DNA from: a virus
DNA: 64,000 bases
Reading direction: 5' to 3' (one strand)
IMG/VR virus record: IMGVR_UViG_3300036766_000806
Span: 1-64,000 of that record
A program made the position numbers and the translations under genes. Below, one piece after another: positions 1 to 8,919 of this stretch. The stretch's first letter is position 1; every line of letters begins with the position of its first letter. A model generated the notes under the pieces. That model searched no databases, had not been told where the DNA came from, and saw nothing but the letters and a program-made list of their open reading frames with translations.

Positions 1-6
1 GGTCTT

Positions 7-306
7 TTATTCTTTAAGAGAACGTTTTCGGTAGGTAAGCTTCTTGGGCTTGGCACAAAAGATAGGCATATACAGATGCATATCGTTGAGAGTCCAATTC
101 TGCGGAATAATACCAGCTTCTTTCAATGCCAGCAATTCGGCTTTTCCTGGCCAAATTCCAGTCCATCTTGAGAATAAAGGATCATGTTCTTTACAATGAC
201 AACTTAATCTTTGGAAGCCGCACACTGAACACCGTTCGACATCACAGCCCGCAATGTGGGCTTGTCCAGCTTCAACTCCGCAATCATGACATTTAGGTAA
301 ATTCAT
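7..306 (-). CDS. Cys-rich (zinc-binding) hypothetical phage protein
   Basis: [18 protein letters not shown] motif in a 99-aa ORF. Confidence 0.7.
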   Translation of the reverse strand: MNLPKCHDCGVEAGQAHIAGCDVERCSVCGFQRLSCHCKEHDPLFSRWTGIWPGKAELLALKEAGIIPQNWTLNDMHLYMPIFCAKPKKLTYRKRSLKE

Positions 307-347
307 AAGAAAAATGTTTTAGCAGCATTCATCACAATATTAAAATT

Positions 348-381
348 AAAAAACCTCTCCGGCAAAAAGTGGGGGTTTTTA
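348..381 (-). terminator. possible intrinsic terminator
   Basis: Imperfect inverted repeat AAAAACCTC...GGGGGTTTTT with A/T runs, at the end of ORF 379..576. Confidence 0.4.
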
Positions 382-576
382 TTCTTCATCTTCTGAAAGA
401 CCTCTAGTTGTTAATTCTTCCCTGAGAAATTCCTCTTCCGCTTCCCACCAGGACGAGAGGTTTTGTCTCTCGTCCTGGGGTATTTTTGCTCGCTGGAGTC
501 CCGTATGGATTACCTGAGAAAAGGAGTCCAATAGCTCGGCTGGCAAATTCACTGAAATATCAGATGAAGAGGACAT
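379..576 (-). CDS. hypothetical protein
   Basis: 65-aa ORF packed directly behind 580..1203. Confidence 0.6.
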   Translation of the reverse strand: MSSSSDISVNLPAELLDSFSQVIHTGLQRAKIPQDERQNLSSWWEAEEEFLREELTTRGLSEDEE

Positions 577-579
577 TGT

Positions 580-1203
580 TTAGATAACAACTTCGGACTT
601 GGAAACACAATCGGAGTTAACCTCAATATCGTAATCCAAATCTTTTTTGATAATATCCTGCAATTCAGCACAAGACCAACCAGTGCTAATAGCGCCACGC
701 TTGATAGCAGATTGAACCTGTTTGAGCGTTGGACGATAAGCATGATTCAAATACAATTTAACACGATTTGTAACTTCTTGACGATTCGGTTTTACCGGGG
801 GAGTCACAGAAGCAGCGGTGACGGGAGGGGCCGGAATATTAGCGGGAGCGAGAAATGTAGGAAAAGTCGCCGCCGGAGTTGAAGAGACATTCAAAGTAGC
901 CGTATAGACGAAATACGTACCATCAGAACTCGGATTGCGATCCAGGCGAAAATCCGTATCAAAAACGCCATTGTTCCAGGCTTCGAGGAAAAGAGCCTTA
1001 ATCTTATAATGGCGAATATCGGATCGGAAAGAGGCACCAGAGACTTCACACTCGGGCACTTCCAGATCACCATCACGGATTTTATTACGGATGGCGGTCG
1101 TCACATCATGGACGGAGAATGATTTACCCTGGTTAGCGAATTCCTTCACCATCATAAGCACAGCGGTTTGGAGGGTGACAGACGGAGCATTTTGGTTACA
1201 CAT
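580..1203 (-). CDS. hypothetical protein with Pro/Ala-rich linker
   Basis: 207-aa ORF downstream of a TTGACT..TATAAT promoter at about 1261-1288. Confidence 0.75.
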   Translation of the reverse strand: MCNQNAPSVTLQTAVLMMVKEFANQGKSFSVHDVTTAIRNKIRDGDLEVPECEVSGASFRSDIRHYKIKALFLEAWNNGVFDTDFRLDRNPSSDGTYFVYTATLNVSSTPAATFPTFLAPANIPAPPVTAASVTPPVKPNRQEVTNRVKLYLNHAYRPTLKQVQSAIKRGAISTGWSCAELQDIIKKDLDYDIEVNSDCVSKSEVVI

Positions 1204-1391
1204 ATTTAGTTTGATTTTTCGTTGTTACTTCGTTTTGTTGTTTTTCAACGTTACGAAGTTATTATACACCATGTCGAAGAAAAGTCAACTACTTTTTTCA
1301 TTCGATAATTTTTCATTATTTTTTCGGAGTTGGCTCGGAAAGTTCTTTCATACTTCTTCATTAGGTAATTCTTTGATTTTCATGTAGGCAT

Positions 1392-1419
1392 ATTATACCA
1401 CACTCTTAAAAAAAGTCAA
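1392..1419 (-). promoter_or_regulatory. sigma70-type promoter, near-leaderless
   Basis: Minus strand TTGACT-N16-TATAAT with TGG extension; ATG at 1383 lies 8 nt downstream. Confidence 0.75.
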
Positions 1420-1427
1420 GCGGGAAA

Positions 1428-1694
1428 TTATTTAGGTTTTCTTAGTACTTTGAACGGCACCCAATCTGAGCAAGTTCCACTAGTGCCATTGTAATCAACA
1501 GCATTAAATGGCAGGAATAAACTTTCGGGGCCATATTTCGAGGCGAGTACTATTCTACCGCTTTTCTGGGGAACACCGCAAGCAGTCTTGCTCAATAATT
1601 TGATAAACCGTCTACCACTCGAATCCTCGAAATGAGAACCATCGGGTATGTCAATAAACTTTTTCCAACCTTTAGGTAATGGTGTTTCGTACAT
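1428..1694 (-). CDS. hypothetical protein
   Basis: 88-aa ORF immediately downstream of the PARP gene. Confidence 0.6.
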   Translation of the reverse strand: MYETPLPKGWKKFIDIPDGSHFEDSSGRRFIKLLSKTACGVPQKSGRIVLASKYGPESLFLPFNAVDYNGTSGTCSDWVPFKVLRKPK

Positions 1695-1697
1695 AAA

Positions 1698-2972
1698 TTA
1701 TTTGCACTCCAGAAGATATTTGATTTTAACTTGAGGTTTTCGATAGACAATCAACTCATCATTGGAAAGACTACTGCCTGCTTTCGCCCATACACTATCA
1801 TACCCCTGAGGAGCACCTGAATAGAGAGAGTCCCGGGTTTCATAGGTTCTTCCCATTGCGAAGTCACAAATGAATAACCATCCCGAATCACCAACTCCAC
1901 CTTGACCCCAACGACCATAAGTGTAACCAAGCGATTTAGTACTATTAATAGCACCATAAATGCCGTTGCCGAACATTTTTCCAGCAATAGCAGCGGTGGA
2001 TGGAGGGCTGACCTTGAGACCGCTTTTTAAAATACTCAAACAATTTGCTTGAGACGTGCCGTGAAATACTTCTTTGAGAGGAGCACGTTGAGTTTCAAAA
2101 GCACGGGTCATATCGTGAATATTGACAGCAAAGATTTCCTTTACATGCACATGGTCATAACCATGCATACGTTTCTTGGAACGTTCAAAATAATTATCTA
2201 AACGGGCACGCTCGGTAAAGTCCACAAGCACATCCAGATCTACTTTGAATACTTGCTCTTGCGGTTTGCCAGGAGTGGCAGTAGCAGTCGTCAGTGGATG
2301 AGCAGTTTGTAATGCTTGATAGGATGATTCCAGAGAATCAATCAAGTCCATTTGTTTCTGCAAAGCATTATTATCAGGAATAACAGTTTGAGCACTGAAT
2401 CTGCCCATGCCCAAGTGTTGAGGAATGAGACGGAGATATTTGCTCAAAAGAGCATCCGCTTGTGCCCCAAAATTACGATTACGAACTAAGGGAGCAATTT
2501 CAGCAAGCAAATCACGAGCTTCGGTCAATCCTTCCATTGTCACAATACCCATCGGGGTAGCAAATAAACCCGTAGTCGAATTGTACGTAATGTTAGTATT
2601 GGTAGTAATTTTGTGAACGTTCGCCTGAACAAATCGAGTAATAAGCCTCTCCAAAGTGGGATTTGATGCCTTGAGAATCTGGGATCTGGCAATACTATGG
2701 AGATCATGATTTTTGACGACAGCGCCGCCGCCATTAAGACTTGCAGTTCCAACGGTCTTAAGTTCGGTGTAACCTTTTTTCAATTTTTCCCGGACTTTCT
2801 TATCCAAATAAGATTGACCACCAGACCATTCTCCACTATCACCGCTATAACCAACTCGGCCCCAAGTGGCTTTCACCATGCCGTCATCGAATAATTGACC
2901 AGTCCACCATTTATTATTATTGGTGCCAACTTCGGTCATGATCAACTTGATTTCTTTTAATAGCGTTGTCAT
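1698..2972 (-). CDS. WGR domain-containing poly(ADP-ribose) polymerase-like ADP-ribosyltransferase
   Basis: N-terminal NNNKWW..TWGRVG..KLKKGY (WGR); helical regulatory-like region (YLRLIP); catalytic FHGT, GKMFGNGIYGA, KSLGY and NDELIVY motifs (H-Y-E triad). Confidence 0.9.
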   Translation of the reverse strand: MTTLLKEIKLIMTEVGTNNNKWWTGQLFDDGMVKATWGRVGYSGDSGEWSGGQSYLDKKVREKLKKGYTELKTVGTASLNGGGAVVKNHDLHSIARSQILKASNPTLERLITRFVQANVHKITTNTNITYNSTTGLFATPMGIVTMEGLTEARDLLAEIAPLVRNRNFGAQADALLSKYLRLIPQHLGMGRFSAQTVIPDNNALQKQMDLIDSLESSYQALQTAHPLTTATATPGKPQEQVFKVDLDVLVDFTERARLDNYFERSKKRMHGYDHVHVKEIFAVNIHDMTRAFETQRAPLKEVFHGTSQANCLSILKSGLKVSPPSTAAIAGKMFGNGIYGAINSTKSLGYTYGRWGQGGVGDSGWLFICDFAMGRTYETRDSLYSGAPQGYDSVWAKAGSSLSNDELIVYRKPQVKIKYLLECK

Positions 2973-3170
2973 AAAAACGTTAAAGTTTGATTACTCGTTT
3001 TTTTGCTCGGATATTGTTGAGGATTTCTTTTCTGACAAGGTGATCGAGATAACATTCTGCGGCTATTAGCGTCAGTGCTATTAGAGCAACCACACCAATT
3101 AAAATGTAAGCGACAATCAACATGATGCCATTATTATACCACATCATCGCCACTTGTCGAGTGTCAAAAA

Positions 3171-3716
3171 TTAGCAACAACAATTATTGTAAGGTTCTCG
3201 ACATCGAGGGCAAACATAACCGCTTTTTCTCTGAGATTCTAAACTTTGCTGATGTTTATCCCAACAAGTTTTACAATTAACTCCTGCGAATAGAGGATAT
3301 CCTGCAATTTCATCGTTTTTCATTCTGGCTCCACATCCGGTACAGCGAGTGATTTCATCTATATTATGTTCTTTATCAATAAGAATAGCAATTTCGAGCG
3401 GAGTCATTTCTTTTTCTGCTTCTGTTAATTTTACCGAACGACTTCCTCCTTCACTCCAAGTCATTTTACTCTCCCATACAACGACACCATTGAAGGAAAC
3501 ACCGCCATCAAAGACATAATTCCCATTTTTAGTGAATTGATCAATAGTACGAAATTGTATTCCACTTCGATCATTGTTTTTACAATCATCACACCATAGA
3601 TTTCCTTCCGGATCTAATGCGGGGCTGTTCCATCCAGCTTCCCGGTGACAATGGAAACAATTACCTACTTTTTCTTTACTTGAAGTCAGAAGCGACTCTT
3701 CATTTTCACTTTTCAT
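3171..3716 (-). CDS. multi-CxxC zinc-finger hypothetical protein
   Basis: CFHC, CDDC, CTGC, CKTC, CPRC and a terminal CCC. Confidence 0.7.
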   Translation of the reverse strand: MKSENEESLLTSSKEKVGNCFHCHREAGWNSPALDPEGNLWCDDCKNNDRSGIQFRTIDQFTKNGNYVFDGGVSFNGVVVWESKMTWSEGGSRSVKLTEAEKEMTPLEIAILIDKEHNIDEITRCTGCGARMKNDEIAGYPLFAGVNCKTCWDKHQQSLESQRKSGYVCPRCREPYNNCCC

Positions 3717-3934
3717 ATTCCAAAAACTTTATCCTGGCATTGTTGACATAAACCACTGATTTGATATTCTTTTCGAGACGTTTCATTTCGGAATTCCGTA
3801 TCGGGGGTTATTATTCTGCCACACCCAATCGGAGGCGGAATACATTTATTACTACTAATAGTTTCTTCTCGATTTGCTCCACTTAAGGAATTGAGAAAAT
3901 CATTGATTTCTTTCGCTTTTGGAGTTGGTTTCAT
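3713..3934 (-). CDS. small Cys-containing phage protein
   Basis: EYQISGLCQQCQD motif; ATGA overlap with the next gene. Confidence 0.65.
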   Translation of the reverse strand: MKPTPKAKEINDFLNSLSGANREETISSNKCIPPPIGCGRIITPDTEFRNETSRKEYQISGLCQQCQDKVFGI

Positions 3935-4405
3935 ATACTATTTTTCTTTAAGAACAAGATCTATACTTCCAGTACCGGCCCAAATATACACAATAATTGG
4001 CCAGGAAATAATGTGAGAAATACCTAAGATAATACCAGCAATTACCCATATTATTCCCCAAAGATTAAGAATAATTTTATTTATTTTCATATTTTTATTT
4101 TTAAGATTGAAGGAATTTTTCTGTAAGAGGTTTATAACCAATTATCATAGGTTTATCTTCTTTTACATTGCTTAAATCAATATTATTGGCTTTGAATATA
4201 CCAATAAAATCATCGGCGGCATTTTCGAGGGGCTTTTATGAACTGAGGCATTTTTGTTTCCTTACTTTCCTCTTCAATCTTTTTATTTCTTTATGTGCTT
4301 GTATTAGCATTTCACCATAAGTTCGCATTTTTTCTTTCAAAACTCTTACAAACGATTGGTGCATCAATATATTGTTTTCTTCTGCGGTAATCATAAAAAA
4401 GAATA

Positions 4406-4616
4406 GGGGTCAACTTGCTTCCACTACTATCATAAATCCAATGCAAAAAAGTTTTGAGATCTAATTTTTGACTTTTGACTTTTGAGACGCTGAGATTTTA
4501 GATTTGAAGCCCCAATATGGGGAATATCTTTCTCTTTGTCGTGATAATTCATCCTATTAAGATGAATGTCATAAAGTCGCACTTTCATTATGAGTTTGCT
4601 TCCACAAGCGACCCCC
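4406..4616 (-). ncRNA. candidate structured ncRNA with a heptamer-repeat tract
   Basis: Terminal stem GGGGUCGCUUG/CAAGUUGACCCC, nested UCAUAA/UUAUGA pairing, hairpins AUUCAUC..GAUGAAU and CCCCA..UGGGG, about 8 repeats with 7-nt period. Confidence 0.6.
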
Positions 4617-4623
4617 AAATTGT

Positions 4624-4830
4624 TTAACAGAACGTGAAATCTTTTGGAAAATGGTCAACCAGCCAACAGATTTCAAATACCACAACTTTCTGCTTATCAG
4701 TAGGATCATGAGTAATGTGATACCCATCCGGGCAAGTACTTTCCCAATAAGCAAGACGTTGCTTGATCGATTTACCAACTCCATGAGTGGTATAAAGATT
4801 ATTCGGTGCTTTTTTATGCTGTACTTTCAT
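4624..4830 (-). CDS. small hypothetical protein (MKVQHKK...)
   Basis: ATG 1 nt after the stop of 4832..5278; C-terminal part of track ORF 4624..5007. Confidence 0.55.
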   Translation of the reverse strand: MKVQHKKAPNNLYTTHGVGKSIKQRLAYWESTCPDGYHITHDPTDKQKVVVFEICWLVDHFPKDFTFC

Positions 4831-4831
4831 A

Positions 4832-5278
4832 TTAATCAACAATCTGAGTGGTGGTATTGTAGGCATCCACTTCATCTTGAAACTCGTTGATCTGTTCTTG
4901 AAGAGCAGCAACTTTCTCGTCACAATCCTCTTGATTGATATAACTATCCCAAGTATATACCATTTTTTCCTGGTCACGACCAATAAGTTGTACTTCTTCG
5001 CCCTCACGTTTGAGCAAGCCTTGAAGGAACGAAATCCTAGCCTTTAGTTCGGCCATGCTCTCAAGAGCGGGATAAATGTTAATATTGGCTTGGGTGATTT
5101 TTCCTTTGAGTTCTGCGAGTTTATCGGAAAGATCGATGATTTTATCCCACACTTCTGCACGATCTACACCAGAAACGTTGTCATTTCTACGGGAATTTTC
5201 ACGCTGGAGAATTTGTTGTTGACGGACAAGTTCACCGGCAAGGCGGTTCTTCTTTTTGAGGGCTTGTGCTAAGTTCAT
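4832..5278 (-). CDS. DIP1984/DUF6847-like coiled-coil protein
   Basis: MNLAQAL start, I..AN centre and Q.EVDAYN.TT end pattern; helical heptads; promoter at about 5318-5346. Confidence 0.7.
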   Translation of the reverse strand: MNLAQALKKKNRLAGELVRQQQILQRENSRRNDNVSGVDRAEVWDKIIDLSDKLAELKGKITQANINIYPALESMAELKARISFLQGLLKREGEEVQLIGRDQEKMVYTWDSYINQEDCDEKVAALQEQINEFQDEVDAYNTTTQIVD

Positions 5279-5354
5279 ATCACTTATTCCTTTTGGTTTC
5301 TGATTTTTACGAAACGCACTATATCACAATGAAAGTAGTTTGTCAAGCCTTTTC

Positions 5355-6158
5355 TCAATCTTCTTCATCTCCATCGGGCACAATCATTTTAATAAGAGAT
5401 GTTTGAATCTCGGCGGTATCTATTCTTTCTTTTGCCATTTGAAAATATTCGGTACTTTTTTCAACACCAATAAAATTTCTGCCAAGTCGCACTGCGGCAT
5501 CGCCGGTGGTGCCAGATCCCATAAAACAATCGCAAACAACGTCATTTTTATATGATAATAGTTTTATACATCGTTTTGGAAGTTCGAATGGAAATGCGGC
5601 TGGATGTTTGGATTTTGTTTCTGGCGTCATTTGCCATATATTCTTTGTCCAGGACATAAATTCGCTGCCACGAATAATTGATATACCTTTATTAAGTCGT
5701 TTCCATTTGGACTTAAAAAAGATAAGAATGGCTTCGGATGGATCTCGGAAAAACGGTGCTGATGCTGATTTCCAAGAACCCCAACATGTTTTCATAGAAA
5801 TATTTTTTTCCCATATAATAGTAGTTAAGTACTTTAAACCAACATTTTGACATATTTTAGTATAATCGGCCACAACTGGATAATGAGTATATTCTTCTCC
5901 ACTATTGATTTTATTTAGATGCTCTGGATTGATTGTAAAAGGAAGATTGATGCAAATTCGAGCATCATCAGCCATTGCATTATACATTTTTCTCAACCAT
6001 TTCTCGCACCATTCAAGATAATCTTTGTATATCAAAGTATCAGCGTGGTCACTATACTCTATACCAACATTGTAAGGCGGCGAACATACGACAAGATTAA
6101 TTGATGGTAATTGCGTAAAATCTATCTTAAGAACATCATCATTGAATAATTTTATCAT
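5355..6158 (-). CDS. beta-class N4-C/N6-A DNA methyltransferase (orphan)
   Basis: SPPY before HPAAFP and DCFMGSGTT; likely leaderless ATG at 6158. Confidence 0.9.
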   Translation of the reverse strand: MIKLFNDDVLKIDFTQLPSINLVVCSPPYNVGIEYSDHADTLIYKDYLEWCEKWLRKMYNAMADDARICINLPFTINPEHLNKINSGEEYTHYPVVADYTKICQNVGLKYLTTIIWEKNISMKTCWGSWKSASAPFFRDPSEAILIFFKSKWKRLNKGISIIRGSEFMSWTKNIWQMTPETKSKHPAAFPFELPKRCIKLLSYKNDVVCDCFMGSGTTGDAAVRLGRNFIGVEKSTEYFQMAKERIDTAEIQTSLIKMIVPDGDEED

Positions 6159-6341
6159 TCGCAATATTATCTCATATAATGAGTTTCGGGTCAACTTTTT
6201 TTAGCAAAAACAGGCGTTTTCATTTTTCAGTACATATATACTTCTAGAATGCCCGAAACATTTTCTCATAAGAAGGAACGCAAAATTCTCCTTGACAAAT
6301 TTTTTAATCTATGGTATTCTGTCACCATAAATGGAGGAAAT

Positions 6342-6647
6342 ATGATTAATGGACGGTATATACTTAATGAACGGGGCAATCCGGTTAAGGAGCCAGATTT
6401 GATGAAATGGGCGAAATGGTTTGAGAAATCCGAAAGACATGTGGGTGATGAAACGATTGGAAAATCAAGAGTTTCAACGGTATTTCTTGGTTTAGATCAT
6501 TCTTTTGGAGATAGTCCTCCGGTTTTATGGGAAACAATGGTTTTTAGTGGGACATTAGATGGAGAACAAGATTGTTGTGGAGGTTCCAGGAATAATGCCA
6601 AGAAAATGCACGCTCGGATGGTTAAACGGGTTAAAAAAAGTATTTGA
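6342..6647 (+). CDS. conserved hypothetical phage protein
   Basis: VSTVFLGLDH..WETMVF motif; GGAGG upstream of the ATG. Confidence 0.7.
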   Translation: MINGRYILNERGNPVKEPDLMKWAKWFEKSERHVGDETIGKSRVSTVFLGLDHSFGDSPPVLWETMVFSGTLDGEQDCCGGSRNNAKKMHARMVKRVKKSI

Positions 6648-6679
6648 CAAGCTCTTTGATATATGCTATTGTTGTCGGT

Positions 6680-6871
6680 ATGAAAAAATCTAAAACAGTA
6701 AAAATCGTTGAATTGCTTTGGGAAGTAGATGATTTACTTAAACAGGCTTTGAAACTGGGTGGACATAAAAATCCCCAATTTACAAGAACTATTGTAGATG
6801 CTCAGATATTACTGGATGATGCTGTAGTATATGCGGATAAACGGCAAACGCTTTTGCCAAAAGAGGATTAA
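6680..6871 (+). CDS. hypothetical protein
   Basis: ATG shortly after a TTGACA..TATTGT promoter. Confidence 0.55.
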   Translation: MKKSKTVKIVELLWEVDDLLKQALKLGGHKNPQFTRTIVDAQILLDDAVVYADKRQTLLPKED

Positions 6872-6898
6872 AAGATTTTTGACAACTCCAAAAAAGAG

Positions 6899-6960
6899 TT
6901 AACAACTGCCATGAATGTGGTATAATGGCAGATACGATTTGAAATTTGTTCTTTTGAAAT
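6899..6960 (+). promoter_or_regulatory. promoter plus boxA-like antitermination site
   Basis: TTAACA-N16-TATAAT (6899-6926), then TGTTCTTTTGAAA (6947-6959). Confidence 0.6.
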
Positions 6961-6990
6961 TTGAATGATGGCATCTAAGATGCACCTTAT

Positions 6991-7329
6991 CGAGAGGTTC
7001 ACAGCACCGGAAAAGATCGCCGGAGTCGGTGACTCATTCGTAATTTAGATGCGTAACTGCAATAAAACAAAAATAGAGAGTCGGTGGAACCGACACAAAA
7101 TAATAACCCGGAAGTCTAACTGTAAAATGATATGCATCTAGTTTAATTTTGTGACCGAGACAGCCGTAAGTGTACGACTGGCGAAGTGAAAATTTCCTCG
7201 GCCACGGCAATTTAGATATGTACAGCAAAACAATAAATATTGGTTGCCAACGTCAGGGGCGCATATCTAGCTATAAACTTTTATGTTGAAGATATAAACA
7301 GCATATGTTATGTTCAATAGTATCTTGAA
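6991..7329 (+). ncRNA. array of stem-ACWGC(A) RNA units in the leader of the DUF2828 gene
   Basis: ACWGC at 7001, 7056, 7160, 7222 and 7298; four of these directly follow the 5' strand of a closing helix. Confidence 0.7.
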
Positions 7330-7355
7330 CTAAACCCGAACAACAATGAAAGGAA

Positions 7356-8906
7356 ATGACCGTTATGAAGAACATTGCAAGAAATAGTCGTGGTCAATTT
7401 GTACTACAAACTCCCGTCAATTCCTTCGTACAGGCTATGCGTGTCGAAGGAAACTATGGACTGACAGAAAAAGGTGCTTTAACCAATAAGAGCACTTTAT
7501 CCAGCGTACTCGACTTTTTCGGAGCCGGTGGAGCAATTCGCTCTCGCTCCGAACCCGATGTTATTAATCTTTTCTCCAAGGCATTCTCAGAAGATCGTCT
7601 TCTGGCCACCAGGATTCTGTTTTATCTTCGTGACGTGCGTGAGGGGCAAGGCGAACGCAAGACCTTCCGTACTCTCGTGAATTGGCTCGCCAATTTCTAT
7701 ACGGATGTGGCTCGCAAAAACCTGGAAAACATCGCCTTTTATGGCCGATGGGATGATTTGTACGCTCTCATGGGTACTCCGCTTGAGCAAGAAGTTTATG
7801 CTCTATTCGCCAAGCAATTGAAGGAAGATCTCCGTAACACGAAGAAAGGTGAGTCCATTTCACTTCTGGCTAAATGGCTTAAGAGCGAAAACACTTCTTC
7901 ACGGGAATCCCGCAAACTTGGTCACAATACTCGTGAGGCTTTGGAACTTACCCCGAAGCGTTATCGCAGAATTCTTTCGACTCTGCGTAAGTATATTGAT
8001 GTACTTGAAGTCAAAATGTGCGCCGGTCAATGGGCCGAAGTCGACTTTGAGCATGTGCCTTCCAAGGCATCACTTAATTATCGCAAGGCTTTTGGTCGTC
8101 ACGACCAAGCCCGTTACGCCGCTTACCTTGAATCTGTCAAGAAGGGCGAGAAGAAAATGAACGCAAGCGCAATTTATCCGTATGAGATTCTCCGTTCAAT
8201 AATCAGGCGTCCATATGGTAGCGGTAATCTGTCTCCACAAGAGGCACTGCAAGCTGACTTGCAATGGAAGTCCATGCCAAATTGGCTTGAGGGTAATGAG
8301 CATTATGGTCTCGTCATCGCAGATGTTTCGGGATCTATGTTCACCTGTGACTTGCTTCCAATTTTGGTATCTGTCTCGCTCGCAATCTATTTTGCAGAGC
8401 GCAATATCGGGCCTTTTAAAGATATGTGGATGACTTTCTCCGGAAGTCCGACTTTCCAGAAGCTGGTTGGAAACAACTTGCTCGAAAAGTTCAACAATAT
8501 GGATAAGAGCAATTGGGCTATGAATACCGATCTCCAGGCGGCATTCAATGCAATCCTCCAGACTGCGTTGCAAAACAACGTGTCTCAGAAGGATATGCCT
8601 ACTTGTTTGTATATCGTTTCAGATATGGAACATGATCAAGCATGTCGTGGTAATAATGCTACTAATGCTGATATTATGAAAAGGAAGTTTGCCGCAGCAG
8701 GATATCAACTTCCAAGAGTAGTATGGTGGAATGTGGCTGCACGAAACGAACAATTTCCCATTAGACTCGATGAAGATGGAATGGCTCTTGTATCTGGAGC
8801 ATCCCCAAGTATTCTCAAGTCTCTATTGAGCGCCAAGTCGTTTGATCCGATGAGCATTGTTTATGAAGTAACTAATAACCCTCGTTACGAACGTGTGGTA
8901 GTGTAA
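7356..8906 (+). CDS. DUF2828-family (TROVE/Ro60-like helical region + vWA) protein
   Basis: RDVREGQGER, YGRWDDL, AKWL and YPYEI motifs; vWA MIDAS DVSGSM, NTDLQA and SDME; WNV motif. Confidence 0.85.
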   Translation: MTVMKNIARNSRGQFVLQTPVNSFVQAMRVEGNYGLTEKGALTNKSTLSSVLDFFGAGGAIRSRSEPDVINLFSKAFSEDRLLATRILFYLRDVREGQGERKTFRTLVNWLANFYTDVARKNLENIAFYGRWDDLYALMGTPLEQEVYALFAKQLKEDLRNTKKGESISLLAKWLKSENTSSRESRKLGHNTREALELTPKRYRRILSTLRKYIDVLEVKMCAGQWAEVDFEHVPSKASLNYRKAFGRHDQARYAAYLESVKKGEKKMNASAIYPYEILRSIIRRPYGSGNLSPQEALQADLQWKSMPNWLEGNEHYGLVIADVSGSMFTCDLLPILVSVSLAIYFAERNIGPFKDMWMTFSGSPTFQKLVGNNLLEKFNNMDKSNWAMNTDLQAAFNAILQTALQNNVSQKDMPTCLYIVSDMEHDQACRGNNATNADIMKRKFAAAGYQLPRVVWWNVAARNEQFPIRLDEDGMALVSGASPSILKSLLSAKSFDPMSIVYEVTNNPRYERVVV

Positions 8907-8919
8907 AAGAAAAATATCA

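Noticed and set aside
4430-4618. 62-aa ORF covering the heptamer tract
   Set aside because: TTG start, low-complexity product and a 7-nt period fit an RNA element better than a protein.
6991-7329. CRISPR array
   Set aside because: The units share only a short motif and structure, lengths vary, there are no identical 25-45-nt repeats and no cas genes.
6932-7355. tRNA genes or canonical Y RNA in the leader
   Set aside because: No cloverleaf or convincing T-arm was found by eye. No tRNA was recognised anywhere in the window; tRNAscan-SE would be needed to confirm.
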